Position numbers and translations under genes: made by a program
IMG/VR virus record: IMGVR_UViG_3300031951_000033
Strand: one strand, 5' to 3'
DNA: 64,000 nucleotides
Source of the DNA: an uncultured virus (IMG/VR IMGVR_UViG_3300031951_000033)
Lineage: Duplodnaviria; Heunggongvirae; Uroviricota; Caudoviricetes
Shown here: one piece after another, positions 21,211-29,340 of the stretch
Position numbering within the stretch: the stretch's first letter is position 1
How the letters are laid out: each line of letters begins with the position of its first letter
The notes under the pieces: generated by a model
What the model saw: the letters and a program-made list of their open reading frames with translations, nothing else
The model's database searches: none
Told to the model about the DNA's origin: nothing

Positions 21211-22398
21211 ATGGCTAAGATTTTAGGGGTTCAACAGATATCGTTCATAAATAAAAACGCGGAGATAAATTTTCGCGGTTCTATGGGCGGCGTATTTCCT
21301 TTTAACGACATCAGCGGCTGGTCTTCCAGCGCGCCCACTTCTTTGTCGACTGCTCGCTTAACAGTGCTTAACGATCTGTCTTCGACTGCCGCTAACTTCA
21401 ATCGAAGTTCAGCAAACGACAACGTAGTTACTCCAGCTGGAACATACCCAGGCACTAGTTCTTTTACCGGCGGAGTGCTTCTTCCAGACGGCAGAGTGTA
21501 CTGTGTTCCCCGCGACTCAACTACTGCGCGCATCTACAATCCCTTCAACGACACACTGACTACTCCAGCTGGAACATTTCCAGGTAGTTTTGCCTTTACT
21601 GGTGGAGTTCTCCTACGAGACGGCAGGGTGTTTTGCTCGCCACTTAGCTCAACTACCGCTCGAATATACAATCCAGTTACAGACACGCTGACTACTCCAG
21701 GTGGGACATACCCAGGCAGTAGTGCTTTTGCAGGTGCGGTACTTCTTTTAGATGGCCGAGTGTTCTGTGTGCCACATAGTTCAACTTCAGCTAGGATATA
21801 TGATCCGGTCACTGACAGTGTAACCACTCCAACCGGAACATATCCAGGAAGTTTTGCCTTTCAGGGCGGTGTTCTTCTTCCAGATGGCCGGGTATTCTGC
21901 GTGCCGTTCGATTCAACTACGGCCAGGATATATGATCCCGCTACAGACACGCTGACTACACCAGCTGGGACGTATGCAGGTGGTGGTGCTTTTCAAGGTG
22001 GCGTACTTCTTTCAGATGGCCGGGTATTCTGCGTTCCGTATGTCTCAACTTCAGCGCGTATCTACGATCCCATTAGGGATGTTCTAACTACTCCAACTGG
22101 AGCATACACAAGTTTTGCTGTTAATACCGGAGTGCTCCTTCCAGACGGTCGAGTGTTCTGTGTTCCTCGCGACTCAACCACTGCGCGTATCTACAATCCC
22201 TTCAACGACACACTGACTACTCCAGCTGGAACATATCCAGGTTTAGACGCTTATAGAGGTGGAGTGCTTTTGCCTGATGGTCGAGTGTTCTGTGTGCCCT
22301 ATAACGCCACCTCAGCTCGCATTGCTATGGGTTCATTTTCGCGTTCGGTTAACTTCAATAGAGACACGCTGTTAGGGCCGTTTTTGAATAAATTTTAA
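21211..22398 (+). CDS. 7-bladed Kelch-like beta-propeller, paralog 2
   Basis: Same seven repeats and conserved termini; AAGGA SD. Confidence 0.75.
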   Translation: MAKILGVQQISFINKNAEINFRGSMGGVFPFNDISGWSSSAPTSLSTARLTVLNDLSSTAANFNRSSANDNVVTPAGTYPGTSSFTGGVLLPDGRVYCVPRDSTTARIYNPFNDTLTTPAGTFPGSFAFTGGVLLRDGRVFCSPLSSTTARIYNPVTDTLTTPGGTYPGSSAFAGAVLLLDGRVFCVPHSSTSARIYDPVTDSVTTPTGTYPGSFAFQGGVLLPDGRVFCVPFDSTTARIYDPATDTLTTPAGTYAGGGAFQGGVLLSDGRVFCVPYVSTSARIYDPIRDVLTTPTGAYTSFAVNTGVLLPDGRVFCVPRDSTTARIYNPFNDTLTTPAGTYPGLDAYRGGVLLPDGRVFCVPYNATSARIAMGSFSRSVNFNRDTLLGPFLNKF

Positions 22399-22406
22399 GG
22401 AAAAGT

Positions 22407-23609
22407 ATGGCTAAGATTTTAGGGGCGCACAACATTAGGTTTAAGAATAAGGACGCCGCGGCTGCTTTTCGCAGCGTAAAGGGCGGCGTGTTCCCCTTCA
22501 ACGACATCAACGGTTGGTCTTCCAGCACGCCAGCATCTCTGTCTGGTGCAGGTACAAGGGCGCTCAATGATTTGTCTTCAACTGCTGCTAATTTTAATCA
22601 AAGTTCAGCAAACGACAATGTTATTACACCAGCCGGGGCATATCCGGGATCACAGGCATTCGGAAGTGGAGTGCTTTTGCCTGATGGTAGAGTGTTTTGC
22701 GTCACTAGTTCTTCAACTACTGCTAGGATCTATGATCCTATCGCTGACACCGTGATCACTCCGTCTGGAACATATCCAGGTGCGGGAAATTATCAGTATG
22801 GAGTGCTTCTTCCAGACGGTAGAGTGTACTGTATTCCTAATACCGCTACAACTGCACGTATTTATAATCCAGTTACAGACACTGTGATCACTCCGTCTGG
22901 AACATTTCCAACAACTGCTCCAACTGGATTTGGTATTAGAGGCGGAGTATTGATGTTAGATGGAAGAGTATTCTGTGTTCCTTATAGCTCAACCACTGCT
23001 CGCATATACAATCCAGTCACAGATACGCTAACTACACCAACTGGAACATATCCAGGCAGTAACTCATTTTGGGGCGGAGTCCTTCTTCCAGACGGCCGAG
23101 TGTTCTGTGTGCCGCACGATTCAACATCAGCTCGCATATACAACCCAGCCGCAGATACACTGACTACTCCGTCTGGGACATACCCAGGCAGTGGAGCCTA
23201 TAGAGGTGGAGTGCTTCTTTCAGATGGTCGAGTGTACTGTGTGCCGTATAACGCATCTAATGCCCGCATCTATGATCCAGCCACAGACACGCTGACCACT
23301 CCGTCTGGGGTATTTTCAGGCAGTTTTGACTTTTCTGGTGCAGTTCTTCTGCCGGACGGCCGGGTGTTCTGTGTGCCGTATATTTCGACTACTGCTCGCA
23401 TATACAACCCCTTCAACGACACACTGACTACTCCAGCTGGGGCGTATCCAGGCGGCGGTGCTTTTTCCGGTGGAGTACTACTACCAGACGGCCGAGTGTT
23501 CTGTGTGCCATTTAACGCAACTTCAGCTCGTATCGCCGTAGGCTCTTTTTCGCGTTCAGTTAACTTTGATAGGGACACGCTGCTGGGGCCGTTTTTGAAC
23601 AAATTTTGA
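22407..23609 (+). CDS. 7-bladed Kelch-like beta-propeller, paralog 3
   Basis: Same seven repeats and conserved termini; AAGGA SD. Confidence 0.75.
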   Translation: MAKILGAHNIRFKNKDAAAAFRSVKGGVFPFNDINGWSSSTPASLSGAGTRALNDLSSTAANFNQSSANDNVITPAGAYPGSQAFGSGVLLPDGRVFCVTSSSTTARIYDPIADTVITPSGTYPGAGNYQYGVLLPDGRVYCIPNTATTARIYNPVTDTVITPSGTFPTTAPTGFGIRGGVLMLDGRVFCVPYSSTTARIYNPVTDTLTTPTGTYPGSNSFWGGVLLPDGRVFCVPHDSTSARIYNPAADTLTTPSGTYPGSGAYRGGVLLSDGRVYCVPYNASNARIYDPATDTLTTPSGVFSGSFDFSGAVLLPDGRVFCVPYISTTARIYNPFNDTLTTPAGAYPGGGAFSGGVLLPDGRVFCVPFNATSARIAVGSFSRSVNFDRDTLLGPFLNKF

Positions 23610-23650
23610 CTATGGGTATTAACTAATGTATCGCTTATCGAGGAGATTGT

Positions 23651-24538
23651 TTGATGACTAAGATCTATCTTGGAAAACCGCCTACGATTCAGAGAATTAC
23701 CGCCAATACGACCTATACTTTTACCGTGACTGCTTTTACCGCAGGGGTCGGCGATACTTATACCACGAACGGGCAGACTTTTACGGTCACGACCGCCGTG
23801 ACTGGCGGAACATCGTTGGTTTGCTCGTGCCCTTCTACCGGTATTGCTCCTCTAACGACTGGAACTCTTACAAGGGGAATTGGTTCTGGAACTGCTTCTG
23901 GTGCTTACACCGCAGTTACTGGATCGGGAACTTACACGACTCCTACAAGCCCTAGTCCGAATTACATCAAAGTAAAAATGGTAGGTGCTGGTGGCGGTGG
24001 ATCAGGCGGTAACCAAGGGCTTGCCTCTACCGCAGGAGCTAATGGTACTGATACAACATTTGGGGCATTGACAGCGGGAGGTGGCCAAGGAGGTCAAGCT
24101 GCAAATGGTGTGAATGTTGGTGTTGGGGGATATACTCTCGGTGCTTCTACTGGTGGAAATACTGTAAATATTCGAGGATCGTATGGGACTAGCGGACAAC
24201 AGCTCGTTTCAGGAACATCTCAGCCTCAGTCAGGTGGAGTTGGGGGAACATCCCCATTTAGTGGTGGTGCTGGTGGAAGTGCAACCACCGTAAATGGAAG
24301 TGCTGCGACAAATTCTGGCTCTGGTGGCGGCGGAGGCGGTTCAAGTGGCACTGCCAGTACCTCTTCTGGTGGGGGCGGTCAGGCTGGAGGATATATTGAG
24401 CATACCTACACTTCCCCTTCCGCCTCATATTCTTATGCAATCGGATCGGGAGGAACTGGAGGTGCAGGTCAGGGCGCCGGGGCTGCTGGCGGTGCGGGCG
24501 GTTCTGGTATCATCATCGTGGAAGAGTATTACGATTAA
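23651..24538 (+). CDS. Glycine-rich tail adhesin-like protein
   Basis: TYTTP...IKVKMVGAGGGG...SYSYAIGSGG...GSGIIIVEEYY layout of phage glycine-rich domains; AGGAG SD. Confidence 0.75.
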   Translation: MMTKIYLGKPPTIQRITANTTYTFTVTAFTAGVGDTYTTNGQTFTVTTAVTGGTSLVCSCPSTGIAPLTTGTLTRGIGSGTASGAYTAVTGSGTYTTPTSPSPNYIKVKMVGAGGGGSGGNQGLASTAGANGTDTTFGALTAGGGQGGQAANGVNVGVGGYTLGASTGGNTVNIRGSYGTSGQQLVSGTSQPQSGGVGGTSPFSGGAGGSATTVNGSAATNSGSGGGGGGSSGTASTSSGGGGQAGGYIEHTYTSPSASYSYAIGSGGTGGAGQGAGAAGGAGGSGIIIVEEYYD

Positions 24539-24693
24539 GCCGCTGTCAACGAGAGAGCATCATGTATAAGGTTGCTAACACCCCTAAAAGATATATAAGT
24601 GGATGGGCTCTAAGTGATTCAAACTGCTCCTATTTTCAAGTTAGAAACCTGCGAACATAGTTACTCAAAACAAGGTATAATATAAGGTAAATT

Positions 24694-25083
24694 ATGGCGA
24701 TTTCAAGAAAAGTATCAGCAAAAGGTTTTATTAAACAGCTCACTACTACAGATCTGCAGGGCGCTATATCCGCTACTGCTTCGGGTATCGGCGGTAACGG
24801 AACGCAGACAATCACATCTAATACAGTTCTGACTAATTCTCAAACCGGCAGAACTATATTAGTCAATTCTCCCGCAGCCTCGATAAATATAACTCTGCCA
24901 ACCTTACAGAAAGATGTTCTCTTCACCATAAAAGATATCGCAGGAAGTTTTGCAACATTTCCGATAAATATAATAAGGGCTGGCACTGAAAGCATAGAGG
25001 GAGTAGCGGCAAATTATGTCTGTAACGCTGACTACGGTGTGTGGACCTTTCAGTGCGACGGCTCTAACTGGTGGATACTATAG
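24694..25083 (+). CDS. Small tail-fibre adaptor-like protein (T4 gp9/gp10-type repeat domain)
   Basis: TILVNSPAASINITLP...FTIKDIAGSF...IEG...DGSNWWIL pattern. Confidence 0.55.
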   Translation: MAISRKVSAKGFIKQLTTTDLQGAISATASGIGGNGTQTITSNTVLTNSQTGRTILVNSPAASINITLPTLQKDVLFTIKDIAGSFATFPINIIRAGTESIEGVAANYVCNADYGVWTFQCDGSNWWIL

Positions 25084-25092
25084 GGCTAATAA

Positions 25093-26490
25093 ATGTCTAA
25101 GAATGTAGTAAGAGAAATATTCTACGAAGAGGCTACATGGACTTGTCCTGCAGGTGTTACGCAGGTTACTGTTAAACGAATTCCTATTATTGTTCCAACG
25201 ATAGGTTCACGCGGTTATGGAGCAACCTTTATAAATCAGAACGGAATACCTTATTCGTTTGGAGAAAACAATTTTGGCCAGTTAGGAGACAATACCACTA
25301 CCAATCGATCTTCTCCTGTCCCAATGACAACGCATCAGTCTATTTTTGCTTATTCAACTGGTGGAGTTGGCTCGTTCTCAGACCTAAGACTTCCTAGTTT
25401 TTATAGTTGCGGCCGGAATGCTGTTGGCCAGTTAGGAGACAATACCACTACCAATCGATCTTCTCCTGTGGCGCCAACTACTTCTGTACAAGGAATATTT
25501 ATCAGGAAGACGAGGCTTAGTGGCGGATGTATAGCCGACTACAATAGCGGTCAACTTATATTATGGGGTTTTAACGATGTCGGTCAATTAGGCAATGGCG
25601 GAACAAACAATATATCTAATGCTATTACGCCCGTAAGCGCCGCATCAGGGCTTGGTTTTAGATATTTTGATATGAGCGGCGCTCAAAACTCCATGGGCAT
25701 AGATCGTGGCGGAAATCTTTCGGCATGTGGGCAAAATCTTTATGGAACTGTTGGCGATAACACCACAACCTCTAGAAATGTTTTTACATCTGTTCAGCCT
25801 TTTGGCTTTAATAAAAAATGGCAAGCGTGCGCTTTTGCTGGTTATTCTGCTTTTGCGATTGACGGTAGTGGCGTCATGTACGCATGGGGGCTCAATGCTG
25901 ATGGCCAATTAGGTTTTGGAGATTCCATAAATCGCAGTACGCCGACTGCTATACCCTCTGTTTCTAACATTAGATTTAGAGCAATAGCTGGAGAAGTTCC
26001 TTTAACCACTGATCATGGTTCCGTTTTAGCCATAGACACACAGAACAATTTGTGGGTTTGGGGTTATAATGGTGATGGCCAATTAGGTCTCAATGACACC
26101 ATCAACAGAAGCACACCAACCTTAAATCCATATTTTTCTAGAAACGTATCGCAGATTACCGTTGGTCATACAACAGCGTATGTATCAGACACCACGGGAA
26201 GATTGTGGAGCTGCGGCAACGGATTATTTGGATCTTTAGGCAACAACACTACGGCAAGTGTGAGTTCGCCTGTGCTCGTTGTGGGATCTTCCGTCTGGGG
26301 ATCAGTTGCTAATCCGGTGCCCCAAGATGAGATTTCTTTTGTTGTGGACGTGATTCCCGGACAAACATATCCTGTAGTTGTGAACACTAATTCCAGTGTT
26401 CCGTTACTTTTTGGACAAATAAAGGTGCCGTATACCGCAGGAAACGCATTTTCAAATTCTTTCTATCTTTCCTTGGAGTACGAAAAATGA
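25093..26490 (+). CDS. RCC1/BLIP-II repeat beta-propeller protein 1
   Basis: Repeats WG.N..GQLG.gd..NRS.P. Confidence 0.85.
   Translation: MSKNVVREIFYEEATWTCPAGVTQVTVKRIPIIVPTIGSRGYGATFINQNGIPYSFGENNFGQLGDNTTTNRSSPVPMTTHQSIFAYSTGGVGSFSDLRLPSFYSCGRNAVGQLGDNTTTNRSSPVAPTTSVQGIFIRKTRLSGGCIADYNSGQLILWGFNDVGQLGNGGTNNISNAITPVSAASGLGFRYFDMSGAQNSMGIDRGGNLSACGQNLYGTVGDNTTTSRNVFTSVQPFGFNKKWQACAFAGYSAFAIDGSGVMYAWGLNADGQLGFGDSINRSTPTAIPSVSNIRFRAIAGEVPLTTDHGSVLAIDTQNNLWVWGYNGDGQLGLNDTINRSTPTLNPYFSRNVSQITVGHTTAYVSDTTGRLWSCGNGLFGSLGNNTTASVSSPVLVVGSSVWGSVANPVPQDEISFVVDVIPGQTYPVVVNTNSSVPLLFGQIKVPYTAGNAFSNSFYLSLEYEK
25274..25469. repeat. 46-bp identical direct repeat within RCC1 gene 1
   Basis: ttggccagttaggagacaataccactaccaatcgatcttctcctgt at 25274-25319 and 25424-25469. 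Confidence 0.9.
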
Positions 26491-27851
26491 AAGTAATACA
26501 AAAACTTTTGGGAAATGGTAAATGGGCTGCTCCATCTAGTAAGGTAAAGAGTGTTCGTGTTTATTTGCGAGGCATTAGGCCTATAACTTTATCTGGCGCT
26601 GACAATCGTTTTTTTCTTATCAGTCCACAACGAGGAGTTAGAGGGGCCGGTAGCAATGCCAACGGGGCATTAGGCGATAACACCACAACTAATAGAAGTA
26701 CATTCACGTCCATATCTACCGTAGAACAGTTCTATACTGTTTGTGCTTCAATTGGTAGTGGTGGCCATGCTATTGCATATAACAAGAGACTTTACGGATG
26801 GGGATCAAACAGCTTTGGCGAGCTAGGCGATAACACTACAACTAATAGAAGTACGCCTACATTAGTTAGTACACTTTTTTGGAACTCAATAGGAACAGGG
26901 CCAGCCGGTATTGCTATAGACGGAAAAGTTTATGCATGGGGCGCGAATAATACCGGCAGAATTGGCAACAACACCACTACGAATGCCTCTTCTCCAGTCT
27001 TATCGTCAACATTGCCTAGTTCAGAATTTTTTAAGAAGGTATGTACCACTGGTGGAGGCACGAGTATAGCCCTATCAAAAAGTAATAACGCGTATGTAGT
27101 GGGGAGTGGTAGTTTCGGCGAGTTAGGGCTAGGAGACACGGTCAATAGGTCTTCTTACGCGCCAATTCCTTCTTCGTTTAACAATAGAGTAGTAGATGTT
27201 GCGGTTGGCCAGTTTTCCTCATACTTGTTGTTGAACAACGGGAGCATATATAGTACAGGTTATAATCTTGGTGGTGAGTTAGGCTTAGGAGACACGAGCT
27301 TCAGATCTACTTTTACCCTGGTTCCGTCCTCCGTAAAATTTACTCAACTAATGAGTTCATCGAGGGTCACAGGTAATTTTTACGCAATAAGTACTAGCGG
27401 CGATGTGTGGGCTTGCGGTTCTGCGCAAGGTATTGGAAACAATCCGTCCGTAAACCGAAGCACCTTGACACAGGTGGCCGGTGTATCGTATGCTGTAGCT
27501 GTTGCAGGCGGTCTAAGTAACGCATTAACAGATAATTTTGCAGGTCTTTCTATAGGAAATATTTATCTTCCGTATGTGTACGCATGGGGAGCAAACGGCT
27601 TTGGCCAGCTAGGATTTAACGACACCACAAACAGAAGTACACCTGTTCAGAATGCGTCGGCTCCTCCTGTTTATGACAGTGCTGAAGACGCGATCTTAGA
27701 GGAAAGGATTGTTCCGGTTAATTACAATCAAAATTATATATATGTGACTCAGGCATCTAGTGCGACGAATGCTTTTCAGCCATCTTTTGGAAGCGTAGTG
27801 TTTGATCCACCAACTTTTGACTTTGAGATGTTTTTGGAGTACTATGTCTAA
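26487..27851 (+). CDS. RCC1 repeat beta-propeller protein 2
   Basis: WGSNSFGELGDNTTTNRSTP-type repeats; ATGA overlap with upstream gene. Confidence 0.85.
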   Translation: MKVIQKLLGNGKWAAPSSKVKSVRVYLRGIRPITLSGADNRFFLISPQRGVRGAGSNANGALGDNTTTNRSTFTSISTVEQFYTVCASIGSGGHAIAYNKRLYGWGSNSFGELGDNTTTNRSTPTLVSTLFWNSIGTGPAGIAIDGKVYAWGANNTGRIGNNTTTNASSPVLSSTLPSSEFFKKVCTTGGGTSIALSKSNNAYVVGSGSFGELGLGDTVNRSSYAPIPSSFNNRVVDVAVGQFSSYLLLNNGSIYSTGYNLGGELGLGDTSFRSTFTLVPSSVKFTQLMSSSRVTGNFYAISTSGDVWACGSAQGIGNNPSVNRSTLTQVAGVSYAVAVAGGLSNALTDNFAGLSIGNIYLPYVYAWGANGFGQLGFNDTTNRSTPVQNASAPPVYDSAEDAILEERIVPVNYNQNYIYVTQASSATNAFQPSFGSVVFDPPTFDFEMFLEYYV

Positions 27852-29340
27852 AAATTTTATAATAACAAGAATAACTGTGAGCGGTACAACGTGGAATTGT
27901 CCGGCTGGCGTAAGATCCATTAACGTAAGTGGTGTATCCACGAACAAAAACATTTTTGGGGGAAATTATCCGGGATTAGGATCTACTTCCGCCTTTTTAT
28001 TGGGTAATAATCTTAATGGCGCCACCTCTTTTCGTTTTAGAGCTCCCTACGCTGCAGGCAACGCTAGTGATGGAGTAATAGGCGATAACGCGACGACCAA
28101 TAGATCTTCCCCTGTTGTACCTAATTTATTAGGCTCAGCCGTGTTTCTTGGAAGCATAAATCCTATAGTGTCTAGTGTTCGATTTAGCGCACCTGGTTTT
28201 ATATTCAGAACTGGACAAGCTATAAGATGGGGTGCAGGATCTTCGTTCGCGATAGGTGATGGAGCATCGGTTAACAGAAGCTCACCAGTTCCAGTTATAG
28301 GAACAGCTAAATTTAAAGTGCTTTGCGCGAGTGGTTTTGGCGGAACAAATATTGGAATTGGAGTAGATGGAAACTTGTATGGGTGGGGAAATAATAGTTT
28401 TGGCGAGCTTGGATTAGGCGACACCACAAACAGAAGTACACCTACTTTAATAACTGCTTCAGGGAGCACAAATATTTGGCGCGACATACATGTCGGCAAC
28501 GCATCGTGTGTGGCCATAGATTCTAATAATGATCTATGGACATGGGGAATAAATTTAAGTGGTCAATTAGGGTTTAATGATACTACAAATAGAAGCACAC
28601 CAACCAAAGTAGGCGCTCCTTTTGTATCGGGCCTTAAAGCTAAGGCACTACAAAGAGGCAACTCGTCTGGCACGTTGTATGTTATAGGCACCGACGATCG
28701 TCTTTATATTTGCGGCTCAGGGGGTAATGGCGCTAATGGACTTAATGACATTGTGAATAGAAGCACTTTTACACTCGTTAACACATTGTCTAGTTCTTAT
28801 AAGGTAAGAGAAGTTAGCGGTGCTTCTGCAGGCAATGCATGTGCGGTTACATCTGATGGAACTAACGATGAAAATAATAGCGGTATACTATGGGTGTGGG
28901 GCTATAATGCCTTCGGTCAATTAGGTCTTAACGACACAAATAACAGAAGCGCCCCTGTTCAAGTGCCTAACGTTAGAGCGATCACTGCTCAAACTTTTTC
29001 AAGTCAAACCGGTTTTTTAGGTTCTCTCAACGGAATAAATTCGCTGTACATGACTGGCGCTAATACTCAAGGTCAATTAGGCCTCAACGATGTCGTAAAT
29101 AGAAGCACATTTACGGCATTGATGAACAATAATATAGGCTGGAGTGTTGGCAACCCCACTAACGCAATACAGACAGGTGTTGCGCCAGCCGACAGATTGG
29201 TAATGGCAAAAAGAACAATCTCCGTTGTTCCAGGACAAACATACACTATTGGCATTAACAACGGTTTTGTAACATTGGGATCTCAGCAGATTAGTTTTGG
29301 TACAGAAGTGTCAGAAGTATACTTAGAGTATTACGCTTAG
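27844..29340 (+). CDS. RCC1 repeat beta-propeller protein 3 (likely start ATG 27844, MSKNFII)
   Basis: RCC1 repeats; GGAG SD before 27844; N-terminus matches paralog 1 (MSKN...TWxCPAGV). Confidence 0.85.
   Translation: MSKNFIITRITVSGTTWNCPAGVRSINVSGVSTNKNIFGGNYPGLGSTSAFLLGNNLNGATSFRFRAPYAAGNASDGVIGDNATTNRSSPVVPNLLGSAVFLGSINPIVSSVRFSAPGFIFRTGQAIRWGAGSSFAIGDGASVNRSSPVPVIGTAKFKVLCASGFGGTNIGIGVDGNLYGWGNNSFGELGLGDTTNRSTPTLITASGSTNIWRDIHVGNASCVAIDSNNDLWTWGINLSGQLGFNDTTNRSTPTKVGAPFVSGLKAKALQRGNSSGTLYVIGTDDRLYICGSGGNGANGLNDIVNRSTFTLVNTLSSSYKVREVSGASAGNACAVTSDGTNDENNSGILWVWGYNAFGQLGLNDTNNRSAPVQVPNVRAITAQTFSSQTGFLGSLNGINSLYMTGANTQGQLGLNDVVNRSTFTALMNNNIGWSVGNPTNAIQTGVAPADRLVMAKRTISVVPGQTYTIGINNGFVTLGSQQISFGTEVSEVYLEYYA

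Larger units (their letters stand above)
20009..23609. repeat. Three tandem ~1.2-kb gene units, each with seven internal ~130-bp repeats
   Basis: Junctions near-identical: gagacacgctgttagggcc(a/g)tttttgaataaa(c/t)tttaaggaaaagtatggctaagattttagggg at ~21165-21229 and ~22361-22425. Confidence 0.9.

Noticed and set aside
20200..23560. CRISPR array
   Set aside because: Repeats are degenerate, in-frame protein-coding blades with no constant repeat/unique spacer pattern; no cas genes
20009..29340. Diversity-generating retroelement acting on the propeller genes
   Set aside because: No reverse transcriptase or non-coding template repeat in the window; differences between repeats are not adenine-restricted. 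A remote DGR cannot be excluded.
19125..29340. Eukaryotic or giant-virus origin (Kelch/RCC1 repeats, NLS-like KSKRRKKP)
   Set aside because: SD motifs, TATAAT boxes, DnaE, TerL, portal and baseplate genes indicate a bacteriophage
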